Positions 34,401 through 42,951 of a DNA stretch of 48,222 nucleotides are shown here, in pieces. The notes beneath the pieces were generated by a model, which was given only the letters and a program-made list of their open reading frames with translations, did not search any database and was not told where the DNA came from. Position numbers and translations under genes: made by a program. Source of the stretch: a bacterium (GTDB lineage Bacteria; CAIJMQ01); contig JAGLSL010000008.1 in the NCBI GenBank assembly GCA_023135785.1, positions 1 to 48,222 of the forward strand. Reading direction: 5' to 3'. The number at the start of each line of letters is the position of its first letter. The first letter of the stretch is position 1.

Positions 34401-35975
34401 CCGGGCGTTACTTTAATATCACCACCTCCACATCATGATATATATTCAATTGAAGACCTTGCCCAACTAATATTTGATTTAAAAAACGCTAACCCCAAAG
34501 CGCGCGTGAGTGTAAAATTAGTTTCTGAAATAGGAATAGGGACTATTGCTGCAGGAGTTGCAAAAGGTCATGCAGATATGATTCTTATCTCCGGCGCTGA
34601 CGGAGGAACTGGAGCATCTCCTAAAAGCTCTATAAGATATGCAGGGCTTCCTTGGGAATTAGGACTTTCAGAAACACACCAGACCCTTTTACTTAACAAC
34701 CTGCGTTCCGGAGTTCGTCTGCAAACTGATGGGCAAATGCGAACAGGTCATGATGTTGCGATTGCAGCGCTTTTAGGCGCCGAGGAATACGGGTTTTGCA
34801 CAGCCGTACTCATTACATCAGGATGCGTTATGTTAAGGCACTGCCACTTAAATAATTGTTCCGTCGGAGTAGCCACACAGGATGATATTTTACAAAAAAG
34901 ATTTAGAGGAAAACCTGAATATATAGTTAACTATTTCAATTTTATAACACACGAGCTTCGCGAAATAATGGCAAATCTTGGCATAAAAACTATAAACGAA
35001 ATGATAGGCAGAACAGACCTTCTTGAAGTTAATAAAGATATAATTCCTGTTAAAGCAAAAGGGATAGATTATTCACAAATGCTTTATAAACCCGAGCTTC
35101 CCCCTAATGTAGGACGATACTGCACATCAAAACAGAAAAACGAGCTTGATTCTGTATTAGACAGAAAACTAATAAGGATGTGTAAAAACACTTTTGAGAA
35201 AAATGAACCGACAAATATTTCGCTTTTAATCAAAAATACAGACCGAACAACAGGCGCAATGTTAAGCGGAGAAATATGCAAAAGATGCGGTGATGGAACG
35301 CTTTTAGAGGATACTATTACCTGCAAGTTCAAAGGCACGGCAGGGCAAAGTTTCGGAGCATTCCTTGCAAAAGGCATTACATTTGAACTGGAAGGCATGA
35401 CTAACGACTATGTAGGTAAAGGCATTTCCGGCGGAAAAATTATCATCTATCCTGACAGAAAAGCAGACTACACTCCCGACGAGAATGTAATTGTAGGAAA
35501 TACCACCTTCTACGGGGCTATATCAGGCGAAGCATATATATGTGGCATTGCAGGGGAAAGATTCTGCGTAAGAAATTCCGGACTTTATGCTGTTGTAGAG
35601 GGCGTTGGCGACCATGGTTGCGAATATATGACAGGCGGAAGAATAATAGTTCTTGGAAAAACCGGAAGAAATTTTGCGGCAGGAATGTCAGGCGGGATAG
35701 CATATATATATGATGAAGATAAAACTTTCAAAAACAAATGCAACAAGAATATGGTCAAATTAGAAAAAATAGAAGAAAGCGATAAAGACACAATATGTAA
35801 ATTACTTAACAACCACTTTAAATATACGAAAAGCAAGAAAGCAAAAAGAATTATAAAAAATATAGACAATGAATTGAAAAAATTCGTTAAGGTCATGCCG
35901 ATGGAATATCGGCGTATCTTAGAAAAAGTAAAGATAGAAGAGAAACTAGAATTGACGGAGGAATTAGATGGGTGA
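31443..35975 (+). CDS. gltB: glutamate synthase large subunit
   Basis: 1510 aa. Ntn Cys in HDSCGVGF, an FMN/3Fe-4S central domain (GEGGE, ISPPPHHDIYSIEDL) and a C-terminal GXGXG beta-helix. Confidence 0.95.
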   Translation: MNSRSFPVKQGLYDPWFEHDSCGVGFVCNINGEKSHDIVSKGIEVLERLSHRGAVGADPETGDGAGILIQIPHKFLLQQCKENDILLPKFGHYGTGLVFLPTDNKEKNFCINLFKKTVNEEGQKFLGWRNLPVDSSVIGESAKKTMPFISQVFIGRNKNLKTQATFERKLYIIRKQIENIIRSSSLKQKSCFYITNLSSKTLSYKGLLKPSQLRDFFPDLKNKTIESSLCLVHSRYSTNTFPTWDLSQPFRFLAHNGEINTLRGNINWIRARERLLVNELFGTDIEKLKPVIVEGGSDSAAIDNVFELLALSGRPLEHAMMMLIPEAWEHNDFLNKELEDFYKYHACFMEPWDGPAAIAFTDGKNIGAILDRNGLRPARYIVTKNDFVVMASEVGVLNIDPEDIKTSGRLEPGKIFLIDTQSGRIVQDCEIKKKVSMSSPYGKWNTANMVNLDKLITSGTGNKKSEDIMSQLKAFGYSREDLKMIIKPMAEDGKEPTGSMGNDTPHAFLSKKPQILYNYFKQLFAQVTNPAIDSIREKLVMSLESFVGPEKNILEETPEHSHKLTVKNPILTNDEFEKIRDISINGFTSKTLYTFFNAADGQEGFRLTLERICFEAEYAIEKGYSFIVLSDRGTNKDNIALPMLLATSTIHQHLVRKNIRSQVAIIIESAEPREVHHFALLFGYGADCINPYLAYETIEYLIEQKEINVDIKKALANYNQALRNGILKILSKMGISTLRSYRGAQIFEALGLDNELIEKFFTGTVSRIGGVGLEGIADETIERHKFAYPKRGMTAPYLASGGIYQWKKDGEFHLWNPESIAALQDATCNNDYALYKEFANMINDQSKNPTTLRGLLKFKKGKPISIDKVEPARKIMKRFATGAMSFGSISKKAHETIAIAMNRIGGKSNTGEGGEDPNRFIKLPNGDSKRSAIKQVASGRFGVTINYLVNADEIQIKISQGAKPGEGGQLPGHKVSEIIARTRYTTPGVTLISPPPHHDIYSIEDLAQLIFDLKNANPKARVSVKLVSEIGIGTIAAGVAKGHADMILISGADGGTGASPKSSIRYAGLPWELGLSETHQTLLLNNLRSGVRLQTDGQMRTGHDVAIAALLGAEEYGFCTAVLITSGCVMLRHCHLNNCSVGVATQDDILQKRFRGKPEYIVNYFNFITHELREIMANLGIKTINEMIGRTDLLEVNKDIIPVKAKGIDYSQMLYKPELPPNVGRYCTSKQKNELDSVLDRKLIRMCKNTFEKNEPTNISLLIKNTDRTTGAMLSGEICKRCGDGTLLEDTITCKFKGTAGQSFGAFLAKGITFELEGMTNDYVGKGISGGKIIIYPDRKADYTPDENVIVGNTTFYGAISGEAYICGIAGERFCVRNSGLYAVVEGVGDHGCEYMTGGRIIVLGKTGRNFAAGMSGGIAYIYDEDKTFKNKCNKNMVKLEKIEESDKDTICKLLNNHFKYTKSKKAKRIIKNIDNELKKFVKVMPMEYRRILEKVKIEEKLELTEELDG

Positions 35976-37413
35976 TCCAAGAGGTTTCTTGAAAATATCC
36001 AGACAAACGGGAGAATACAGAGAAGTATCTAGGCGTCTCCAAGACTTTAAACATGTTGCAAAGTTGCGATCTGAAAAAAAGTCAAAAGAACAAGCTTCGC
36101 GATGCATGGACTGCGGAACTCCCTTTTGCCATTGGAATTGCCCAATAGGCAACTATATTCCTGAATGGAATGATTATATGTTCCATAGCAATTGGCAAGC
36201 TGCATTCGCTTTATTAAACTCGACAAATAATATGCCTGAGATAACAGGAAGGATTTGTCCCGCCATCTGCGAGTATGCGTGCGTATTAGGATTGAATGAT
36301 GAAGCTGTAACCATACGCGAAAATGAACTTGCTATTATAGAATTTGCGTTTAAAAACAAATTAATAAAACCCCATATCCCCAAAGAAAGAACCGGTAAAA
36401 AAATAGCCGTTATAGGTTCGGGTCCGGCAGGATTATCCTGCGCCGCGCAACTTAACAGCACAGGTCATAGTGTCATAGTTTTTGAAAAAGATAAGAAACC
36501 GGGAGGAATCCTACGCTACGGCATACCTGATTTTAAACTTGAAAAAAACCTTATAGACAGGCGTATTGATATATGGAAGAAAGAGGGCATTACTTTTAAA
36601 ACAGGGATAGATGTTGGTAAAGATTATTCTGTAAAAAAACTTCTAAAAGATTTTGATGCCATATGCCTGGCAGGCGGGTCAAGAATTCCCAACGACCTTA
36701 ACATTAAAGGAAGAAATCTAAAAGGTATATATTTTGCAATGGATTATCTAATCCAATCAAACAAGCTCGCATCAGGTGAAAAAATATCACCAAATGAGGT
36801 CATAAACACTAAAGGCAAAAAAGTAATTGTTCTAGGTGGAGGCGACACGGGGGCAGACTGTATCGGAATAGCGCATAGACAATCAGCTTCAAGTGTTGTA
36901 CAAATAGAAGTCATGCCAAAACCGCCAAAATGCCGCAACGAAGAACATCCCTGGCCCAACTATCCTTTAATCCTAAAGACCTCATCCAGCCACGAAGAAG
37001 GTGGCCAGCGCCATTGGGAAATACTCACGAAATATTTTATTGGAAATAAGGGGTTAGTAAAGAAGCTTGAATGCGTAAAGGTCGAATTTGCAAAAGAAAA
37101 AGGTAATAATTGTCCTGTTATGAAGGAAGTTGCAGGAAGTAATTTTGAAATTGAGGCAGACCTTGTTATTTTAGCTGTCGGATTTTCACACCCCCAACAT
37201 TCAGGTTTGCTCAGCGAACTAAAAGTAGAACTTGATAAGCGTGGGAATGTAAAAACTAGCGATAACTTTATGACTTCCGTTGACAAGATATTCTGCGCAG
37301 GTGACATGAGAAGAGGCCAGTCACTTGTAGTATGGGCTATATCTGAAGGACGACGTTGCGCCCATTCTATTGATAAAAATCTGATGGGAGAAAGCAATCT
37401 GGCTTCTATGTAA
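35968..37413 (+). CDS. gltD: glutamate synthase small subunit (NADPH)
   Basis: 481 aa. Fe-S Cys motifs (RCMDCGTPFCH, CPAICE.AC), VIGSGPAGL, GGGDTG.DC and GD..RGQSLVVWAI.EGR. 8-nt overlap with gltB. Confidence 0.95.
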   Translation: MGDPRGFLKISRQTGEYREVSRRLQDFKHVAKLRSEKKSKEQASRCMDCGTPFCHWNCPIGNYIPEWNDYMFHSNWQAAFALLNSTNNMPEITGRICPAICEYACVLGLNDEAVTIRENELAIIEFAFKNKLIKPHIPKERTGKKIAVIGSGPAGLSCAAQLNSTGHSVIVFEKDKKPGGILRYGIPDFKLEKNLIDRRIDIWKKEGITFKTGIDVGKDYSVKKLLKDFDAICLAGGSRIPNDLNIKGRNLKGIYFAMDYLIQSNKLASGEKISPNEVINTKGKKVIVLGGGDTGADCIGIAHRQSASSVVQIEVMPKPPKCRNEEHPWPNYPLILKTSSSHEEGGQRHWEILTKYFIGNKGLVKKLECVKVEFAKEKGNNCPVMKEVAGSNFEIEADLVILAVGFSHPQHSGLLSELKVELDKRGNVKTSDNFMTSVDKIFCAGDMRRGQSLVVWAISEGRRCAHSIDKNLMGESNLASM

Positions 37414-37433
37414 ACATATAAAGGGTTATTAAA

Positions 37434-40058
37434 ATGATAAGCACAGGTATAAATGGTTTAGATAATATAATTACAGGATTAAGAATTGGGGATAATACTG
37501 TTTGGCAAATAGATGACATAAAGGACTATGCCCAACTCGTTAAACCGTTTGTAGCGCAGGCACTTAAAGACAAGAAAAAAGTTGTATACATGAGGTTTGC
37601 TTCCCATAAAGAACTGCTTAAACCTTCACCAAAAATAAAACGCTATGAACTTAATGCATATGCGGGATTTGAATCTTTTGCCACAAAAGTCAACAACATA
37701 ATTACACGGGAAGGCGAAGGCGCATATTATGTATTTGACTGCCTTTCAGAACTTCTTTCAGCCTGGGCTACCGACCTTATGATAGGAAACTTTTTCATGG
37801 TCACTTGTCCTTATCTTTACGAACTTAAAACCGTCACATACTTCTCAATATTAAGATATAAACATTCCTTTAAGTCAATAGCCAGGATACGTGAGACAAC
37901 TCAATTATTGGTGGATGTATATCATTGCCAAGGTAGTTTTTACATACATCCTCTAAAAGTTTGGAATCGTTATTCTCCCACTATGTTTCTTCCTCACCAG
38001 AAAGAAAACGGTAAATTTACACCTATTACAGACAGTGTTAACGCTGTAAAGTTGCTTTCTTATATACACGAAAAGGGAGCGGAGAGCGCAAAAAGAAATC
38101 TGGATTATTGGGACCTTTTATTTATCAAGGCAGAGGAACTACTCAAGAATAATGCTTCGAAGAATAAAATAAAAAATATGGTAAAAAAACTTTGCGGCAT
38201 AATGTTAACAAAAAACGAAAAAATATTATCCCTGGGGATACAACACTTCTGTTTAGAAGAACTTATCGAGATAAAATCAAGATTGATAGGCACAGGATAT
38301 ATTGGCGGGAAAAGCACAGGAATGCTTCTTGCTCGAAAAATTCTTTCGGAGAACAAATTGCTTAATTGGGAGAAAATCTCAGAATCGCACGACTCATTTT
38401 ATATAGGTTCGGATATATTCTATTCATACATAGTGCAGAACCGATTATGGAAACTACGTATGCAACAGAAAACAGAGGGCGAATACTTCAAAGTAGCAAA
38501 AATCCTAAAAGAAAAGATACTTTATGGAACCTTTCCTGAAGAAATTATGGAACACTTTCAGCAGATTATAGAATATTTTGGCTCATCGCCTATCATAATA
38601 CGCTCAAGTTCACTTTTAGAAGACGGTTTTGGCAACGCATTTGCCGGAAAATATGAAAGCATATTTTTAGCCAATCAAGGAAGCCCCGAACAAAGATATA
38701 TTCAATTTGCAGAAGCTGTAAAGAAAGTATATTCAAGCACTATGAGCGAAGACGCCCTTGCATATAGAAAACAAAGAGGCCTGGATAAATTAGACGAACA
38801 AATGGCGCTGTTGGTGCAAAGAGTTTCGGGCGCCCCTCACCAAGAGTATTTCTTTCCTGACCTTGCGGGAGTTGGTCTATCTCACAATATATACATGTGG
38901 AATGAAAATATGAATCCAAAGGCAGGAATACTCAGATTAGTTTTTGGACTTGGAACAAGAGCAGTTAACCGCGTTGAAGGGGATTATCCTAGAATGGTTG
39001 TACTCGACAATCCTTTACAAAGACCATACGCAGAAAAAGATGACTTGAGAAAATTTTCACAACACGAAGTAGACCTTATAAACATAAAAGAAAATGCTTT
39101 TAAGACCATCCCTTTCGAAAATCTTATAAATGAAAAATCTTATGTAAATATAGACCGCGTCGCTGTAAAAGATTATGAGTCCATACACATGATGAGTAAG
39201 AACGACACCGAAGACAAAGAATATTGGATATTGACACTGGATAATGTATTTAACGGTAATACATTGATAAGTTTATTTAAAAAGATATTAAAATCACTTG
39301 AGAAAAGTTACGGCTATCCTGTCGAGATAGAATTTACGGTAAACTTTGTAAGGGATAATACCTTCAAAATAAATTTACTGCAATGCAGGCCACTACAGAC
39401 AACGGGGCGCGGACGTAGAGTTGGGATGCCAAATATTGTAAAGAGAGAAAATATATTCTTCCAGTCACAAGGATATTTTCTGGGAGGCAATATTTCGCAG
39501 GAAATACGAAGGATTGTATATATTGACCCACAGAAATATAGTAAACTTATATTATCTGATAAATATGAAATCGCCCGTATAGTAGGAAGATTAAACAGCT
39601 GCATAGAAAGCAGGGAAAAGTTACCCACTCTTCTTATGGGACCAGGAAGATGGGGCACCACAACACCATCCTTAGGTATACCGGTAAAATTTGCAGAAAT
39701 AAACAATGTGGCAATCCTTGCAGAAGTCGCCTTCTCGGAAGGTAACCTTATGCCTGAACTGTCTTTCGGAACACATTTTTTCCAGGACTTGGTTGAAACA
39801 AACATATTCTATGTTGCATTGTTTCCTGAGAAAAAATCTGCCCGCTTCGCCGAGAGGCAAGCAGGCGGAGATATTATATTCAACGATAAATTTTTCAAGA
39901 AAGATAAAAATTTACTCGCAAAACTTGTGCCTCAATCGGCTAAATATAAAGATGTTATCGGTGTATATGATATAAGTAGCGGAGATTTAAAAATAATGTC
40001 AGACATAGTCTCGCAGAAGATTATATGTTTTTCAGACTCAAAAAGGATACTTAAATGA
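37434..40058 (+). CDS. uncharacterised PEP/pyruvate-binding (PPDK_N, ATP-grasp-like) domain protein with a degenerate KaiC/RecA-like N-terminal domain
   Basis: 874 aa. The centre has IGGKSTGMLLARKIL and IIIRSSSLLEDGFGNAFAGKYESIFL, resembling the nucleotide-binding domain of PEP synthase/PPDK. I found no phosphohistidine swivel motif (G.TSH). The N-terminus GINGLDNIITGLRIGDNTVWQIDD resembles the KaiC/RadA entry motif but has no GxxGxGK(S/T). The stop overlaps the carA start (ATGA at 40055). Confidence 0.7.
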   Translation: MISTGINGLDNIITGLRIGDNTVWQIDDIKDYAQLVKPFVAQALKDKKKVVYMRFASHKELLKPSPKIKRYELNAYAGFESFATKVNNIITREGEGAYYVFDCLSELLSAWATDLMIGNFFMVTCPYLYELKTVTYFSILRYKHSFKSIARIRETTQLLVDVYHCQGSFYIHPLKVWNRYSPTMFLPHQKENGKFTPITDSVNAVKLLSYIHEKGAESAKRNLDYWDLLFIKAEELLKNNASKNKIKNMVKKLCGIMLTKNEKILSLGIQHFCLEELIEIKSRLIGTGYIGGKSTGMLLARKILSENKLLNWEKISESHDSFYIGSDIFYSYIVQNRLWKLRMQQKTEGEYFKVAKILKEKILYGTFPEEIMEHFQQIIEYFGSSPIIIRSSSLLEDGFGNAFAGKYESIFLANQGSPEQRYIQFAEAVKKVYSSTMSEDALAYRKQRGLDKLDEQMALLVQRVSGAPHQEYFFPDLAGVGLSHNIYMWNENMNPKAGILRLVFGLGTRAVNRVEGDYPRMVVLDNPLQRPYAEKDDLRKFSQHEVDLINIKENAFKTIPFENLINEKSYVNIDRVAVKDYESIHMMSKNDTEDKEYWILTLDNVFNGNTLISLFKKILKSLEKSYGYPVEIEFTVNFVRDNTFKINLLQCRPLQTTGRGRRVGMPNIVKRENIFFQSQGYFLGGNISQEIRRIVYIDPQKYSKLILSDKYEIARIVGRLNSCIESREKLPTLLMGPGRWGTTTPSLGIPVKFAEINNVAILAEVAFSEGNLMPELSFGTHFFQDLVETNIFYVALFPEKKSARFAERQAGGDIIFNDKFFKKDKNLLAKLVPQSAKYKDVIGVYDISSGDLKIMSDIVSQKIICFSDSKRILK
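39837..39872 (+). repeat. GC-rich mini-palindrome TCTGCCCGC...GGCGGAGA, in frame inside the 874-aa gene
   Basis: Encodes SARFAERQAGGD, in the same reading frame relative to the arm as the pdxA copy (PARQSLSGGG). Confidence 0.5.
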
Positions 40059-41155
40059 AGGCGAAACTTGCTCTTGAAGACGGGACGGTATGGGAAGGAT
40101 TAAATTTCGGCGCAAAAGGTGAAAGCTATGGTGAAATAGTTTTCAATACCAGCATGGCCGGCTATCAGGAAATACTTACCGACCCTTCCTACAAGGGTCA
40201 GATTGTTGCCATGACTTATCCCCTCATCGGAAATTACGGAATAAACAGCGAAGATGTGGAATCTATAAAACCCTTCTTAGAAGGTTTCGTAGTAAAAGAA
40301 TGCAGTCAAATCTCCAGTAGTTGGCGTTCAGAAAAAAGTCTGGATGAATACCTTAAAGAAAATAATATTATAGGCATAGAAGGCATAGATACGCGCGCTC
40401 TTACAAAACATATTAGATTGCAGGGAGCAATGAAAGCGGTAATCTCTACAAAAGATTTAGATAACAACTCATTAATCAAAAAAGCAAAAGCATCCGAGGG
40501 ATTGATAGGCAAAGATTTGGTCAAAGAGGTCACCTGTAAAAAAATACAAACTTGGAACGAGAGAGGTAAACACAAAGTTGTCGTATTGGATTGCGGGGTA
40601 AAATTCAATATCTTAAGAGAACTATCCAATAACAACTGTAAAGTGATTTTCCTGCCGGCTAAAACCGATGCAAAAACCATATTGGGTTTGAAACCTGACG
40701 GGCTACTACTCTCAAACGGCCCGGGCGACCCGGAAGGTGTTGCCTATGTTGTGGAAACCGTAAAAAAATTATTAGACAAGTTACCAATTTTCGGCATATG
40801 TTTCGGGCAACAAATGTTGGGGTTGGCTCTGGGCGGAAAAACATATAAATTAAAATTCGGACATCATGGAGCAAACCATCCCGTCAAAGATTTAAAAACA
40901 GGCAAAATTTACATAACCGCGCAGAATCACGGATTCTGTGTCGATATAAATTCTTTAAACAAAGAAGACATCGAAATTACACACGTAAACTTAAACGATA
41001 ATACTTTAGAGGGAATAAGACACAAAAAATTGCCCGTTTTTTCCGTGCAATTTCATCCTGAGGCAGGACCCGGTCCAAACGACGCAAAATACCTGTTCGG
41101 GGAATTTGTAGAGATGATGGATAAAGACAGAAGACAGAAAACAGACGACAGATGA
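40055..41155 (+). CDS. carA: carbamoyl-phosphate synthase small (glutaminase) subunit
   Basis: 366 aa. FGICFGQQ catalytic Cys and FSVQFHPEA. The last ~10 codons and the stop lie in the GACAGA word repeat. Confidence 0.95.
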   Translation: MKAKLALEDGTVWEGLNFGAKGESYGEIVFNTSMAGYQEILTDPSYKGQIVAMTYPLIGNYGINSEDVESIKPFLEGFVVKECSQISSSWRSEKSLDEYLKENNIIGIEGIDTRALTKHIRLQGAMKAVISTKDLDNNSLIKKAKASEGLIGKDLVKEVTCKKIQTWNERGKHKVVVLDCGVKFNILRELSNNNCKVIFLPAKTDAKTILGLKPDGLLLSNGPGDPEGVAYVVETVKKLLDKLPIFGICFGQQMLGLALGGKTYKLKFGHHGANHPVKDLKTGKIYITAQNHGFCVDINSLNKEDIEITHVNLNDNTLEGIRHKKLPVFSVQFHPEAGPGPNDAKYLFGEFVEMMDKDRRQKTDDR

Positions 41156-41222
41156 CAGAAAAGACAATAGGATTAATAATTTTTTAATTTCTGAGTTCTG
41201 TTTTCTGATATCTGACTTCTGA
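41126..41222. repeat. GACAGA/TCTGT word hairpin spanning the carA stop and the carA-carB spacer
   Basis: Left arm gacagaagacagaaaacagacgacagatgacagaaaagaca. Right arm tttctgagttctgttttctgatatctgacttctga is imperfectly complementary to it. Confidence 0.8.
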
Positions 41223-41229
41223 AAAAATT

Positions 41230-42951
41230 ATGCCTAAAAGAACGGATATAAAAAAGATATTAATAATCGGCGCAGGTCCTATCGTAATCGGACAGGCATG
41301 CGAATTTGATTATTCGGGAACACAGGCATGTAAAGTTCTCAAAGCCGAAGGATTTCATGTTATCCTGCTAAACAGCAATCCTGCAACGATTATGACAGAT
41401 CCGATAACAGCTGATAAAACATACATCGAGCCAATTACTCCCGAAATAGTTCAAAGAATTATTGAAAAAGAAAAACCCGACGCTATTCTGCCCACACTCG
41501 GCGGACAAACTGCGCTAAATGTTACCGTACAAGTTGCAGAAATGGGAATATTTGATAAATACAATGTGGAAGTCATAGGCGCAAATATACAAGCTATCAA
41601 AAAAGCCGAAAACAGAGAACTATTCAAAAAGGCAATGCATAAAATAGGGCTGGATTTACCCAGAAGCGACAAAGCGCACAGCTTAAAAGAAGCCTTAGAG
41701 GTGGTCGAAGAAATCGGAATTCCCGTAATTATAAGACCAAGTTTCACATTGGGAGGAACAGGCGGAGCAGTCGCATACAATATAGAAGAATTCAAACGAT
41801 TAGCTAAGACAGGTCTTGAATCGAGCATGATTAGCCAAATATTAATTGAAGAATCCGTCATCGGATGGAAAGAATTCGAATTGGAAGTTATGCGAGACGT
41901 AAAAGACAATGTTGTTATTATATGTTCTATAGAAAATTTTGACCCTATGGGGGTTCATACAGGTGATTCAATTACGGTTGCTCCCATACAAACTTTAACA
42001 GACAAAGAATATCAAAACATGCGTGATGCCTCAATTGCATGCATCAGAGAAATAGGTGTAGAAACAGGCGGTTCCAATGTTCAATTTGCGGTTAATCCGG
42101 ATAACGGACGAATGGTAGTTATTGAAATGAATCCCCGTGTATCAAGAAGTTCCGCATTGGCCTCCAAAGCAACAGGATTTCCCATTGCAAAAATAGCCGC
42201 AAAACTTGCCATAGGATATACGCTGGATGAAATTCCCAATGACATCACAAAAGAAACTCCCGCGTGTTTTGAACCAACAATCGATTATTGCGTAGTTAAG
42301 ATACCACGATTTACTTTCGAAAAATTCTCCGAAGCGAACGCTACTCTAACCGTATCCATGAAATCCGTAGGCGAGGCAATGGCAATCGGACGAACATTCA
42401 AAGAAGCGTTGCAAAAAGGATTAAGGTCTTTGGAAATAGGAGTAGACGGTCTTATGGATTTAAAATTTCAAGTTAGCGAAATTCAACTTTTCGAAAAGTT
42501 AAGAACTCCAAACGCCGAGAGAATTTTTTATATAAAATACGCATTAAAGAACGGTATGAATATAGACGATATTTATAAACATACTCAAATTGACAGATGG
42601 TTTTTACATAACATCCAAGAAATTGTAGAATTGGAAAAACAAATAACAGATTCCAGACAACAGATTTCAGACAACAGAAATCAGAAAATTAAAAATAAAA
42701 AACAAAAAGATATGTCATCTGATGTCCGTCCTCTGTCTTCTGATTTGTTATTGAAAGCTAAACAATTCGGGTTCAGCGACAAACAACTTGCAAGGATGCT
42801 AAAAACAGAGGAAGAAATTATTAGAAATTTACGTAATAAATTAAATATTAAAGCTGTATATAAATTGGTCGATACCTGCGGTGCAGAATTTGAAGCTTAC
42901 ACACCATATTACTATTCTACCTATGAAAAAGAAAACGAAAGCTGTAATTAA
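41230..42951 (+). CDS. carB: carbamoyl-phosphate synthase large subunit, N-terminal half only (first ATP-grasp plus oligomerisation domain)
   Basis: 573 aa. [30 protein letters not shown], then the ATP-grasp domain, ending at [27 protein letters not shown]. From memory this is where the second synthetase half of the ~1070-aa enzyme begins. Confidence 0.85.
   Translation: MPKRTDIKKILIIGAGPIVIGQACEFDYSGTQACKVLKAEGFHVILLNSNPATIMTDPITADKTYIEPITPEIVQRIIEKEKPDAILPTLGGQTALNVTVQVAEMGIFDKYNVEVIGANIQAIKKAENRELFKKAMHKIGLDLPRSDKAHSLKEALEVVEEIGIPVIIRPSFTLGGTGGAVAYNIEEFKRLAKTGLESSMISQILIEESVIGWKEFELEVMRDVKDNVVIICSIENFDPMGVHTGDSITVAPIQTLTDKEYQNMRDASIACIREIGVETGGSNVQFAVNPDNGRMVVIEMNPRVSRSSALASKATGFPIAKIAAKLAIGYTLDEIPNDITKETPACFEPTIDYCVVKIPRFTFEKFSEANATLTVSMKSVGEAMAIGRTFKEALQKGLRSLEIGVDGLMDLKFQVSEIQLFEKLRTPNAERIFYIKYALKNGMNIDDIYKHTQIDRWFLHNIQEIVELEKQITDSRQQISDNRNQKIKNKKQKDMSSDVRPLSSDLLLKAKQFGFSDKQLARMLKTEEEIIRNLRNKLNIKAVYKLVDTCGAEFEAYTPYYYSTYEKENESCN
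42641..42752 (+). repeat. imperfect CAGA/TCTG word palindrome, in frame within carB
   Basis: aaataacagattccagacaacagatttcagacaacagaaatcagaa...tcatctgatgtccgtcctctgtcttctgatttgttatt. The ends AATAACA/TGTTATT are complementary. Encodes [34 protein letters not shown]. Confidence 0.75.

Noticed and set aside
41230-42951. carB as a simple truncated pseudogene or assembly chimera
   Set aside because: This is not excluded. However, the break falls exactly at the domain boundary used by known split CarB enzymes, the ORF is intact, and it is preceded by an intact carA, so it is reported as a probable split gene instead.
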